Assembly (NCBI GenBank): GCA_965248755.1
Contig: OZ252149.1
Coordinates: forward strand, 4,032,001 to 4,096,000
From: Candidatus Latescibacterota bacterium
Lineage (GTDB): Bacteria > Latescibacterota > CBDEFO01
Direction: 5' to 3'
Length of the DNA stretch: 64,000 bases
Made by a program: the position numbers and the translations under genes. Of the stretch, positions 32,164 to 43,139 are shown piece after piece. The notes beneath the pieces were generated by a model that saw only the letters and a program-made list of their open reading frames with translations, was not told the DNA's origin and searched no databases. How positions within the stretch are numbered: the first letter of the stretch is position 1; every line of letters starts with the position of its first letter.

Positions 32164-35100
32164 TCAGTTATTACTACCTGCTAACAATTCCTTATTAACA
32201 TCCCAACCACTTCTCTGCAGTGCTTCTTCTTGTCCGGTAATACTATCCTTATGAACCGCAATGCAAAGGAGACGAGATGGACGTGACATCCCTACAAAAG
32301 CCATTTTTAGATTTTGAATTACTCTTTCTTTTGGCTTAGTATGCTCTCCCTTTATATAATTTATTATTCGCTTAATGTCATAGTCATAAAAGAAAGTTTC
32401 AAGGTAACATGTTGCCGTATGGGTTTCGCCTTTGACACCATGAATAGTTGAAACTTCTATGTCGATATCAGTTGTTCCAGAAGAATATTTGTAGATGTTA
32501 TTGCTCGAATGGGTTTCTTCATCATCCGCTTCCAAATCTGATGAATTTATAAAGATTGTAAGTTCAACATTCACCTGATAATTAAAAAACTCCTTAAATT
32601 CATTGGTTAGATAATGTTTTATTTCTTCAAAAACTTCTTCTTGCCTGTGTATCTTCAAACACCAATTGGCGAGCCTTACCCTAAAATCCTGGTAAAAATC
32701 CGAGTTTTTTTCTGATATATATTTATGCAGTTTTTTCTCTGTGAATGCCCTTCCATCGTCAGTTACTCCTGCAATTCTTAAGCACTTTAAGAAAGCTTCC
32801 CCTAACCTCTTCTTGTAAAAATTAACTCCATTAGATGAAATAAAACTATCAGATTGTGGAGCTAAATAACTTTTTAGATTACTAAATTCAGTTTTTTTAA
32901 CTTTTATTTCTTTGGAGTAGCCGTCCCAATAACTTGGTATAGTTCTTTTTGTGTCATGCGGTTTTCCACGCCATCCAACTGCTTTAAATACCCTTTTCTC
33001 ATTCTGATGTAGATTATTTCTGATAATTATTTCACCGAATTTATCTAATACCTGCTGAATAGTATAATCATCATAAACAATGATAACAGGAGTAATTTCA
33101 TTTTGCCTGCCATTTCCCGTTATTGTCTGCCGGAAAACACAAAGTTTTTCAACCTTGCTTGCTATAGCGTTAGAAAATCTTTTACTACCTGTAATACACA
33201 TAGTTCTGTCGTCAATTACTGCCCAACCGCATTCCAAGTTAGGGTCATAGTCAAATATTGATTGATTTAAATCACCTATTTTTTGAATAACAACATTATC
33301 ATTGAATATTTTATTCATCAGTTCGGACTGTATTGTACTTGAATCCTGCATTTCATCTATGAAAACATAGGCAAATCTTTTTGCAAATACGTTTTTCAAA
33401 TTAGGGTGCTTTTCAATGTGTCTTTCTGCTATATAATATGCATCATCATAGCTTAGTATTCCATCCAAAAGTATCCGTTCTTTTAGTCTTAGCAATCTAT
33501 CATAGTGTGCTCTTTGAGTTGTATCATTTGAATCTAATTTAAGTCTTTTACATATACCATTATCATCCAGGGAAAAATCTTCAAATCTAAGTGAATAAGG
33601 CAAATCTTTATGACCGCTCTGATAGCAAAATGCATTTGTTTTTCTACCTAAATATTTTCTCGTTCTTTCCATCCTATCAAGATAAATTTCGTTGTTTATG
33701 AATAATGGTCTTCGGTTGAACTGATTGATATACGTCGGTATCGCAAGATATTTATCCACGAAACTTTGAATTGTCCCAAAATGATTTGGGTAATTAGAGA
33801 GCTTTTTAGAAGCAAAGTAAGCGTGGCTTTTTATTTCATTTATAGCCACATTTGTGTGAGTTAATACGCAAATACCCCTATTATTTTCAAGAGGCATTTG
33901 CCGGGACAAAATCAACAACTTGGCAATCAAAGCCTTTGTTTTACCACTACCCGGGCAGGCAAGAATATCTTTGGTTTCAAAACATTTTATTACTACCTTT
34001 TGTTCTTTATCGAAGTGCTCACCGGGCGGTAAAATGTACTGCCCCCCAGAAAAGCGACATCAATTAAGCAACTTGGGGTAGCAGATAAAATTGTTTTCTC
34101 CACTCTTCCGGGGTCTTGTATCCCAGAGATGAATGAAGCCAGTTCTTGTTGTAATTATCGATCCACTGAGATATGATCTTCTCAGCTTGTTCAAAGGACT
34201 TGAAATTGTGAAGCCACACACACTCCTGCTTGAGGGTCCTGAAAAAACGTTCTATGACCCCGTTCCAATCGGCCTTTCCGCTCGGAATATATTCTTGACG
34301 AATGTCCCAATATTCGGTACTTGCCAAATAGGTCCGAGACAAAAAGATGGAGCCGTTGTCAGAGCGCAAAGTGAGACCCTGGGGGACAGCCTCCTTAGGA
34401 AGTGTATCGAGAGATCACGGCCCGATCCAGGGCATCTGTGGCCTCCAGTGCCCTCCCTTTTCGACTAAAACGATACCCGGGGAACCTCCCGACTCCCGTT
34501 GTCCACCACCGCAATAAGAGGACACCAACCATCTTCCCCACAATAGATCTTGGTCAAGTCAGCCGACCAGAGACTGTCAGGACGATCCATCACAGAACGC
34601 TTCTGGGCAACCTGTGGCCCCTTTCTCCCGGGGTCCCCGATTGATTCTATCGGGGATTCCACAGCTTACACTGCCACCCCTTAAGCTTCATTATCCTATG
34701 AACCTTCTTGATGTTGACATATGCCCCTTCCTTGAAACGAAGATGCGCCCAAACCCGCCTGTGACCAAATGCCTCTTCTTGGTCGAGTATCCCTCGAATA
34801 CGAAAAGCAAGCTGTTCATCTATCACAGACTCTTCGACAGAAGAACTGACACCTCTATACCTAAGCCTACACAGAGTCGAACGATGCAAACCCAAAGCCA
34901 AAGCTACCACCTTCCGGGAATAGCCTCGACCCAAAAACCGCTCACTCAAGGCAACCGCTTCGTTTTTTTTAGACGGGCTACCTCCTCGAGTATCTCCAAC
35001 TGGAGGGTTAAGTGCCCTACCTTACGCTCCAACCGGCTGACCTCCCGCTCCTTCGCATCCTTGCGACCACGCCGAGACTTCAGACTCTCCTGGCCTCCTT

Positions 35101-35350
35101 CCAAGAAACTATCACGCCAAGCATACGCCTGTGACTGGCTAATTCCATTCTTCCAACACACCTCTGATACATTCGCTCCTTTCAAAACAGCCAACACCAC
35201 CTCTACCTTACGGGTCGCCGTCCAGCGCTTACCATCTTTCACTTCGGGGCTTGACACCTTGACCTCCTTTCTCAAACCCCAATTTGCAAAATATTTGTCG
35301 CCCTGTCAAGGGGAGCGGTATGAAAAGAATTCTTTCTGCCCAAGAAATAT
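32164..35350 (-). pseudogene. UvrD/GajB-like helicase, copy 2 (inverted); split near the 5' end by IS3
   Basis: Reverse complement of copy 1 without IS1380; IS3 at 34035-35322. Confidence 0.85.
34035..35322 (-). mobile_element. IS3-family element, variant A, defective
   Basis: Same lesions as 2612-3899; AAAA target duplication (34031-34034, 35323-35326). Confidence 0.96.
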
Positions 35351-36616
35351 TGTACTGCTTCCCAGGAAAGCGACACCAATTAAGCAACCTGGGGTAGTAG
35401 ATAAAATTGTTTTCTCCACTCTTTTGGGGTCTTATATCCCAGGGATGAATGAAGCCTGTTCTTGTTGTAATTATCGATCCACTGAGATATGATCTTCTCA
35501 GCCTGTTCAAAGGATTCAAACTTGTGAAGCCAAACACACTCTTGCTTGAGGGTCCTGAAAAAACGCTCTACAACACCGTTCCAATCGGGTTTACCACTTG
35601 GTATGTATTCCTGACGAATTCCCCAATATTCGGTACTGGCCAAATAGGCCCGAGCCAAAAAGATGGAACCATTGTCAGAGCGCAAAGTGAGACCCTGGGG
35701 GACAGCCTCCTTGGAAGTGTATCGAGAGATCACGGCCCGATCCAGGGCATCTGTGGCCTCCAGTGCCCTCCCTTTTCGACTAAAACGATACCCAGGAACC
35801 TCCCGGCTTCCGTTGTCCACCACCGCAATAAGAGGACACCAACCATCTTTTCCACAGTAAATCTTTGTCAAGTCACTCGACCACAAACTGTCGGGACTAT
35901 CCACCACAGAACGCTTCTGGGCAACCTGTGGCCCCTTTCTCCCGGGACGATTCCACAGCTTACACTGCCACCCCTTAAGCTTCATTATCCTATGAACCTT
36001 CTTAACGTTGACACATTCCCCTTCCTTGAAACGAAGATGCGCCCAAACCCGCCTGTGACCAAATGCCTCTTCTTGGTCCAGTATCCCTCGAATACGAAAA
36101 GCAAGCTCCTCATCTATCACAGGCTCTTTAACAGAAGAACTGACACCTCTATCCCTAAACCTATACAGAGTCGAACGATGCAAACCCAAAGCCAAAGCTA
36201 CCACCTTGCGGGAATAGCCTCGACCCAAAAACCGCCCACTCAAGGCAACCGCTTCGTTTTTTTTAGACGGGCTACCTCTTCGAGTATCTCCAACTGGAGC
36301 GTCAACTGCCCTACCTTGCGCTCCAACCGGCTAACCTCTCGCTCCTTCGGATCCTTGCGACCACGCCGAGACTTCAGACTCTCCTGGCCCCCTTCTAAGA
36401 AACTATCACGCCAAGCATACGCCTGCGACTGGCTAATTCCATTCTTACGACACACCTCAGATAGATCTGCTCCTCTCAAAAGAGCCAACACAATCTCTCC
36501 CTTACGGGTCGCCGTCCAGCGCTTACCATCTTTCACTTCGGGGCTCGACACCTTGACCTCCCTTCTCAAACCCCAATTTGCGAAATATTTGTCGCTCTGT
36601 CAAGGGGAGCGGTATG
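35351..36616 (-). mobile_element. IS3-family element, variant B, intact
   Basis: orfA 36240-36569, orfB 35380-36243; same right flank as 26696-27961. Confidence 0.97.
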
Positions 36617-37425
36617 TAGTAGACAAAGTGGCGTCGAGCTATACACTTTACTGGAACATAGTTTCTATACTTGATACTCTAACGACATGGTTTGTACTTT
36701 ACAAAATTCCCTTTTGGATTAGACTGATAGTTCTTATTTTGGTTATATCAATAATGATGGCGATGTCGGTGTTTCTCCATTACAAGCTCAAGAAGCAGGC
36801 CAATATCGAGTTGATGTACGTACGGTCTGCAGGTGTTTTTTTGCTAGTCTATGTCCTCTTTTTGCTTACTCATATAACGATCGTTGACATTTCCCTCTTC
36901 AACTCACTAAGAATTAGTAGGTATTTGACACCGATGTATGTCCCCCTCATGTTTTTGGTGTTCATAGGAATAGAAGACGCGTTAAACTTGTTGAATCGAC
37001 TCTTCAGAAAGAAGGGGTCAGGAAATTTCATAGTTATTGGGCTATGCACTCTTTGGCTGATGTATCCCCTTGCCCGTATTTGTAGGATGGTTCCGTTTTA
37101 TATTCAAGCCGGTACCGGCACATTTAATACAGCTACTTGGAGAAAGTCACCTCTCATGGAACGGATGCGAATTCATCCGTTAGAAGGTAAGATTTATAGT
37201 AACGCACCTCAAGCTATATATATTCTAACCGGAACTCCTGCGCAGTGGCTTCCAGATATTTCGACATTAAGGGAATCTATGTCATCAAGGAATAATAACT
37301 ATCTTGTCTGCTCTAATACATACGGCAATAAAGATTGCAACTATATATTGCAAGGACTTGCTCCCATGTTCCAAATTGAAGAAATAGCGACATTTTCCGA
37401 TGGAGGGATCTATCTTTTCAAATAA
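36617..37425 (+). pseudogene. 3' part of a polytopic membrane protein (GT-C-like), 5' end removed at the IS
   Basis: Several TM segments, RYLTPMYVP, IYSNAP; frame begins at the IS edge. Confidence 0.6.
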
Positions 37426-37493
37426 GAGGAGCAGAGAATACCTCCTGATATACAGCATGTTTGCCGGTGGGTTAAGACAAAGAGGAGAACTTA

Positions 37494-38542
37494 ATGAGTA
37501 AGCCTACACATACCACAATTTTAGGCGGTGCTCCGTCCGGTCTGGCAGTGGGATACTATGCTAAAAAGAACAAGTTACCGTTTACGATGTATGAGGCAAG
37601 TAGTCGAATGGGAGGGAACTGCATTAGCTTAAAGCGTGGGGGTTTTCTCTTTGATTCAGGAGCAGATCGGTTTCATGACAAATATGCAGATGTAACTGAA
37701 GAAGTAAAAAAGCTTCTCGGGGAAGCTCTGAGAAAAATCAATGCTCTGAGCCAGATCTACCACAATGGATAATTCATAGGTTTTCCACTTTCATCGCCGA
37801 ATTTATTGAAAAATATCGGGTTATACGCCTTTGTCAAAGCTGGACTCGAACTGGTAGGCTCAAGGTTGAGAGAAGTAGAAGTGGATGAGAACTTTGAAAG
37901 TTGTGAGCTATATACTTATGGAAGGACAACAGCTGATCGTTTCTTGCTCAATTATTCTGAAAAATTGTGGCGTGCTCCCTGCAATAGGCTTTCCCAAAAA
38001 ATTGGGGGAAGAAGATTAAGTAGACTCAATTTGACGACTTTTAACAAGGAGGCGAACTTCGGTCGAAAGGCCAGAACAGAATATTTAGACGGTTCCTTTT
38101 ATTACCCTAAAGGAGGGTATGGTACTATTGCGCAAAAATTGGGAGAATCTTGCGAGTAGGAAAATATTAATATGTGAACCGAAAACAGAAGTATACGCAT
38201 GTCTCCTCCGGGGAAGACCTCACTGGTTGCGTAGATCCCTAGTCGAGGAGGTGACTAATCTGGGAATCTGGGAGATGATAAATCGCTTCGGATGATTCGT
38301 TTACAAATTACCGATGTCGGTTTGATAAAGGAAGAGGAAGTCATAGACGCCTCAGTTATCAGAATAAGTTATGCCTATCCTATATTGGAAATAGGTTATG
38401 AGCAGAAGATTCAAAAACTTATGGCTTTTCTGAAGAATTTTGACAATCTGAAGATTTCAGGTAGGAACGGAAACTTTATGTACACTCACCTTCACGATAT
38501 GATGAAATTTCGCAAAGAAATTATTGCAGAGTACATTTCTCA
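37494..38542 (+). pseudogene. Degraded FAD-dependent oxidoreductase of glycan loci
   Basis: Degenerate Rossmann ILGGAPSGL, FDSGADRF, FYYPKGGYG, AYP, GRNGNF, spread over broken frames. Confidence 0.75.
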
Positions 38543-39085
38543 CATACCGCTTCCTTTGACAGAGAGACACGTATTTTGCAAATTGGGAATTGAGAATGGA
38601 GGTCAAAGTGTCAAGCCCCGAAGTGAAAGATGCTAAGCGTTGGACGGTGACTCGTAAGGCAGAGGCTGTGTTGGCTCGTTTGAAAGGAGGGGATGTATCG
38701 GCAGTACGTCGGGAAAATGGAATTAGCCCGTCGCAGGTGTATACTTGGCGTGATAGTTTCTCAGGGGCAGGCCAGGAGAGTTTGAAGTCCCGGCGTGGTC
38801 GCAAGGATCTGAGGGAGCGGGAGATTAATCCCCGATAGAATCAGTTGGGTATTGGAACGGTGTGATAGAGCTCTTTTTCAGGACGCTCAAGCAAGAGTGT
38901 GTCTGGCTTCACAATCTTGAATCGTTTGAACAAGCTGAGAAGATCATATCTCAGTGGATTGATAATTACAACAAGATACGTCTCGATTTATCCCTGGGAC
39001 ATAAGACCACACAGCTGTGGAGAAAACAATTTTATCTGCTACCCCAAGTTGCTTAATCGGTATCGTTTTCCAGGGGAGCACTACA
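38543..39085 (+). mobile_element. Internally deleted, diverged IS3 derivative (543 bp)
   Basis: Ends CATACCGCTTCC...GGGGAGCACTACA; junction occupied by a palindrome copy at 38830-38850. Confidence 0.88.
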
Positions 39086-39103
39086 ACGGTATGCTATTTT
39101 AGG

Positions 39104-39132
39104 TTGCACAATTCTGGAATATTGCATATATT
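39104..39132 (+). promoter_or_regulatory. Putative sigma70 promoter
   Basis: TTGCAC-17-TATATT upstream of sqdB. Confidence 0.5.
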
Positions 39133-39194
39133 TTTACACTGTTTTTAACCAAGCAGGTCAAATAAATATTTGCGGGTTCTAAAGGATAGAAAAG

Positions 39195-40349
39195 ATGCGA
39201 ATCTTCATAGCGGGGATGGATGGCTACTTGGGGTGGCCCTTGGCGATGTACCTCAGCAGCAGGGGATATGGCGTAGCAGGGGTGGACTTCTTTTTAAGGA
39301 GAAAATGGGTTGAAGAGATGGGTTGCTGGAGTGCGACTCCGATCTGCTCCATGGAAGAACGCCTCAAAGCCTTCGAGGAGGTCTCCGGAAAGAGACTTGA
39401 ATTTGCAAAAGGCGATATTATAGAGTACGAATTTGTCAAAGGCGTTCTGGACGACTTCAAACCGGACGCTATCGTCCACCTCGGAGAGCAACCCTCCGCT
39501 CCCTACAGCATGATCGACATAGATCATGCCGCCTTCACACAGAACAACAACATCATCGGAACCCTCAACATCCTCTACGCCATGAAAGATGTCTGTCCCA
39601 AGGCCCATCTTATCAAGCTCGGCACAATGGGCGAATACGGGACCCCCAATATAGATATCCCCGAAGGTTTCTTCACCATCGAATACAGAGGCAGAAAGGA
39701 CACCCTTCCGTTTCCTCGACAGGCTGGGAGCTGGTATCATCAAAGCAAAGTTCATGACAGCAATAATATAACCTTTGCCTGCAGGATCTGGGAGATTAGA
39801 AGCACCGACCTTATGCAGGGGCCCGTTTACGGCACAAGGACAGAGGAGACAGCTGCTGACGAACGCCTCGTCACAAGGTTCGATTTCGACGCAGCCTTCG
39901 GAACAGCCTTAAATAGATTCTGCTCTCAGGCCGTCGCAGGACATCCACTAACCCCTTACGGAAGTGGAAATCAGAAAAGGGGATTCATAAATATCATAGA
40001 CTCCTTGCGCTCTATTGAACTTGCCATCCTCAATCCTCCCAAAAGGGGAGAATACAGGGTCTTCAATCTGTTCACAGAGGTTTTTTCTCTCAACCAATTG
40101 GCCCAAAACGTAAAGAAAGCCGTAGAAAGGATCGGAATCAAAGTCTCAATCGAACCTATGCAAAACCCGAGAGTTGAAAGCGAAGACCACTACTACAACC
40201 CCGACCATCAGAAACTCTTGGACTTGGGGTTAGAACCACACAGTATGTCGGATGCGCTCCTGGACATGCTCTCTGACTTGATGAAATACAAAGACAGAAT
40301 CATTGCAAGACAAAACCAGTTTATTCCTAAGATCAGATGGAGTAAGTAG
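39195..40349 (+). CDS. sqdB: UDP-sulfoquinovose synthase (SqdB/SQD1/Agl3 family)
   Basis: GMDGYLGW, EQPSAPYSM, KLGTMGEYGTPNIDIPEG, YHQSKVHDS, FGTALNRF. Confidence 0.9.
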   Translation: MRIFIAGMDGYLGWPLAMYLSSRGYGVAGVDFFLRRKWVEEMGCWSATPICSMEERLKAFEEVSGKRLEFAKGDIIEYEFVKGVLDDFKPDAIVHLGEQPSAPYSMIDIDHAAFTQNNNIIGTLNILYAMKDVCPKAHLIKLGTMGEYGTPNIDIPEGFFTIEYRGRKDTLPFPRQAGSWYHQSKVHDSNNITFACRIWEIRSTDLMQGPVYGTRTEETAADERLVTRFDFDAAFGTALNRFCSQAVAGHPLTPYGSGNQKRGFINIIDSLRSIELAILNPPKRGEYRVFNLFTEVFSLNQLAQNVKKAVERIGIKVSIEPMQNPRVESEDHYYNPDHQKLLDLGLEPHSMSDALLDMLSDLMKYKDRIIARQNQFIPKIRWSK

Positions 40350-40354
40350 ATAAA

Positions 40355-41401
40355 ATGAGTAGTCTGCGTATCATAGGAATAGTTTTAAGCATCATAATCT
40401 TTGTCTTCTCAATCGCAAAGAACAAGAAGAGGCAGTTCAGAAAGCCCGACCTGTTTTGGGGAACGCTTGTCTCTGCATCCATCTTCCTCATATCCCTGGA
40501 GCCCGACATCATCCGTTCTGCCGCCGACATCCTTGCAGGAAGATATGAAAAGACCGGCAGACTGCTCTCTCTGGTTATAATCTTCAACTTCTTCATGCTC
40601 TTTATGATCCTCCGCCTCATCTCCAAGATCAACCTCACAGACCGCCGATTAGGAGATCTCGTTCAGGATTTAGCAGTTTCGGACTTCTCAAGGCAGTTCC
40701 CGGAGGGCGAATTCGAGCGCAAGATCGTAGCGGTTATTCCCGCCTACAACGAAGAGTCAAACCTCAATAGTCTGCTCAACCAGATGCCGAAACAAGTCTT
40801 CGACTACGATATAGAGGCCCTCGTAGTAGTGGATGGATCCACAGACAATACCGAAAGAATCGCAAGACAGATGGGATTGTCTGTCATAGTCCACAGGATA
40901 AATAGAGGAGGCGGAGCCGCTCTCAGGGCAGGATATAAGGTAGCGCTGCAAAAGAACGCCGAGATCGTCGTTACGCTCGACGCCGACGGACAACACCTCC
41001 CTTCAGAAATAGAGCGGCTCGTGGAACCCATTATAAAAGATCGGGCCGATGTTGTCAGCGGTTCCCGCATCTTAGGGGAACAGGAGAACGGAAGCCAGGT
41101 TAGACAGGCAGGTATATTCTTCTTCAACATACTCATAAGCCTCCTTCTCAGAAGGAAGATAACGGACTGCTCAAACGCCTTCAGGGCCCTTAAGGTCAGT
41201 GAGCTTGAAAAACTCGAACTTCACGAGGACCAGTTTCACACCACAGAGCTCATAATAGAGGCGATAAACAAAGGCATAAGATTTGTGGAAGTCCCCGTAA
41301 CTATCCTCAAAAGACAGAGTGGAGAGACCAAAAAGCCCGGTTCGCTAAGCTTCGGATACGGTTTCTTAAAGGCTATGCTGAAGACCTGGTGGAGAGGATA
41401 G
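40355..41401 (+). CDS. DUF2304-like membrane domain fused to polyprenol-phosphate glycosyltransferase-type GT2
   Basis: Three N-terminal TMs; VIPAYNE, DGSTD, LDADGQH, GSR. Confidence 0.8.
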   Translation: MSSLRIIGIVLSIIIFVFSIAKNKKRQFRKPDLFWGTLVSASIFLISLEPDIIRSAADILAGRYEKTGRLLSLVIIFNFFMLFMILRLISKINLTDRRLGDLVQDLAVSDFSRQFPEGEFERKIVAVIPAYNEESNLNSLLNQMPKQVFDYDIEALVVVDGSTDNTERIARQMGLSVIVHRINRGGGAALRAGYKVALQKNAEIVVTLDADGQHLPSEIERLVEPIIKDRADVVSGSRILGEQENGSQVRQAGIFFFNILISLLLRRKITDCSNAFRALKVSELEKLELHEDQFHTTELIIEAINKGIRFVEVPVTILKRQSGETKKPGSLSFGYGFLKAMLKTWWRG

Positions 41402-41410
41402 GAAATTGGA

Positions 41411-43074
41411 ATGAAAATACGCGGAACGTTCTTTGGTGCTTTTCCTTACGCAATAGCGAGTCTTGTTTTGGTGCTTGCCTTCAAGGCTGTTGACTTTGGA
41501 TTCGGTTACGATTCGATAGCGTATTTGAATGCGGCAGAGAATCTCTATAGTGGCAACGGATTCAGTATGGACCTCAACATCGATGTTAGCTCCAACAATA
41601 TCACCATGGGTTCCAAGGCTTTTCTAAAACCTTACACCTGGTGGCCTCCCGGTTATCCTGTGTCCATTGTCCTTTTGACTGCCATCGGAGTCCCTCTGCG
41701 TGAGGCGGCAAGACTTGCTCCTGCCCTTTGTTATGCGAGTTTGCCTTTTGTCATATTCTGGCTGTTCGGTAAGATAGGAAAATCGGAAGTGGCTCCGTTA
41801 GTGTGTCTGTCTTTCCTAGTCTTTTATCCCCTTTTTCACGTTTCTGCAAACGCCTATTCTGAGATGCTTTATGTCTTGATGTCACTCTTGACGACTGGAT
41901 GGCTCTGGAATTCTGTGGAGTCTTGTGGAAGACGCAGATACATATCGCTTATATTGTGCGGCTTTTTTTTAGGGATGGCAGCTTTGACAAGATACATGTT
42001 TTTTTTCTGGCTTTGTCTGTAGCTGTGTTTATTCTGATTTACCGTCATCCTGTCCGTCCTATGCGGCGACGCCTTGAGGATCTCTTTATCGTTGGAGTCT
42101 GTTCGGGACTTCTGATTGTACCTTGGCTTATAAGGAATGTGATCCTTACCGGATATGTTTCAGGTGGCAGAAAGAAACTGTCTGAAGGTTTCGTTGAACC
42201 GACCAAATCCTTTGCTAGACTTTTAAGTAAGGACTTGACCGCTTCAGACATCCCTTACAGCTTCGTATCCCAGTATAGCGTTTTACTTTTTGTCTTGATG
42301 TTGGCAGTTGGGATAGGAATAGCGCTGGTATGGTGGGTCAAGCGACGGCATCCAGAATCCTTGCACGTTCCCATCGGGGATAGGATCTCAGGCGATATAC
42401 GCAAATTCTTCTCAGACCCAGAAAGTTTCCTGCCAATTTATGTGGCTGTGTTCATATTCATGTTTATCGTTCTACGCTCGATGTGGGATTTCGGCATCTA
42501 CATTAGAATGCTAGTGCCTCTTTATGTGTACATCCTGATTTTGGGATGGATCGCCTTTGCCTACATAGTAGACACGCTGGAATCCTCAAAGTGGAGATTA
42601 GCCAGATTCGCGATGTACCTATTGGCTATCTTGTTCCTGTCCCAACACGCTAAGCACTCCTGGGAGTCTTACCAGAAACTCAAAACCGGTCAAATGAAAT
42701 CAGCTTCTGCCTCAGTAGAAAGGGCAAGAAAGAGTCCGACCATAGCCTGGATCAAAGAAAATCTCGCTCCTGATGACCCGATAGTCACTAACTATGGTAG
42801 GGAGATTTACTTCTTTACGGGCCGGACTACATTGCTACCGGGCTATGGCAGTGATTGGGAAGCTTATGGGGAGTTTATAGAGCGCTGTTCCCGTCTTAAG
42901 ATAAAATACCTTGTCCTATTTAAAAGTGGCTATTCGTTTCACTTCGGACCATTTATGTCTTTACTGAAAAAACGTTTAGACAAAGGAGATTTAAAAGAGG
43001 ATATCCAGTTAATTGCCAAATTCCGTGACGCTTCGATATACCAGATAAATGGGGCTGTTTCAGGTGTTCCTTGA
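41411..43074 (+). pseudogene. GT-C-like (ArnT/PMT) membrane protein, frameshifted at a T8 tract
   Basis: DSIAYL, WPPGYP, SE, LTRY, then frame change at 41999-42006; PWLIRN follows in the next frame. Confidence 0.72.
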
Positions 43075-43139
43075 GGATATAACGGCTGTAAAAGACAGAC
43101 TCTGAAGCTAATCACGATATTTGAGAGAGGTATTCTACA

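Noticed and set aside
35449..37425. 658-aa ORF and similar long ORFs antisense to IS3 (4277, 26691, 48894)
   Set aside because: Antisense shadows of the transposase that run into flanking DNA; only 36617-37425 looks like real, truncated coding sequence
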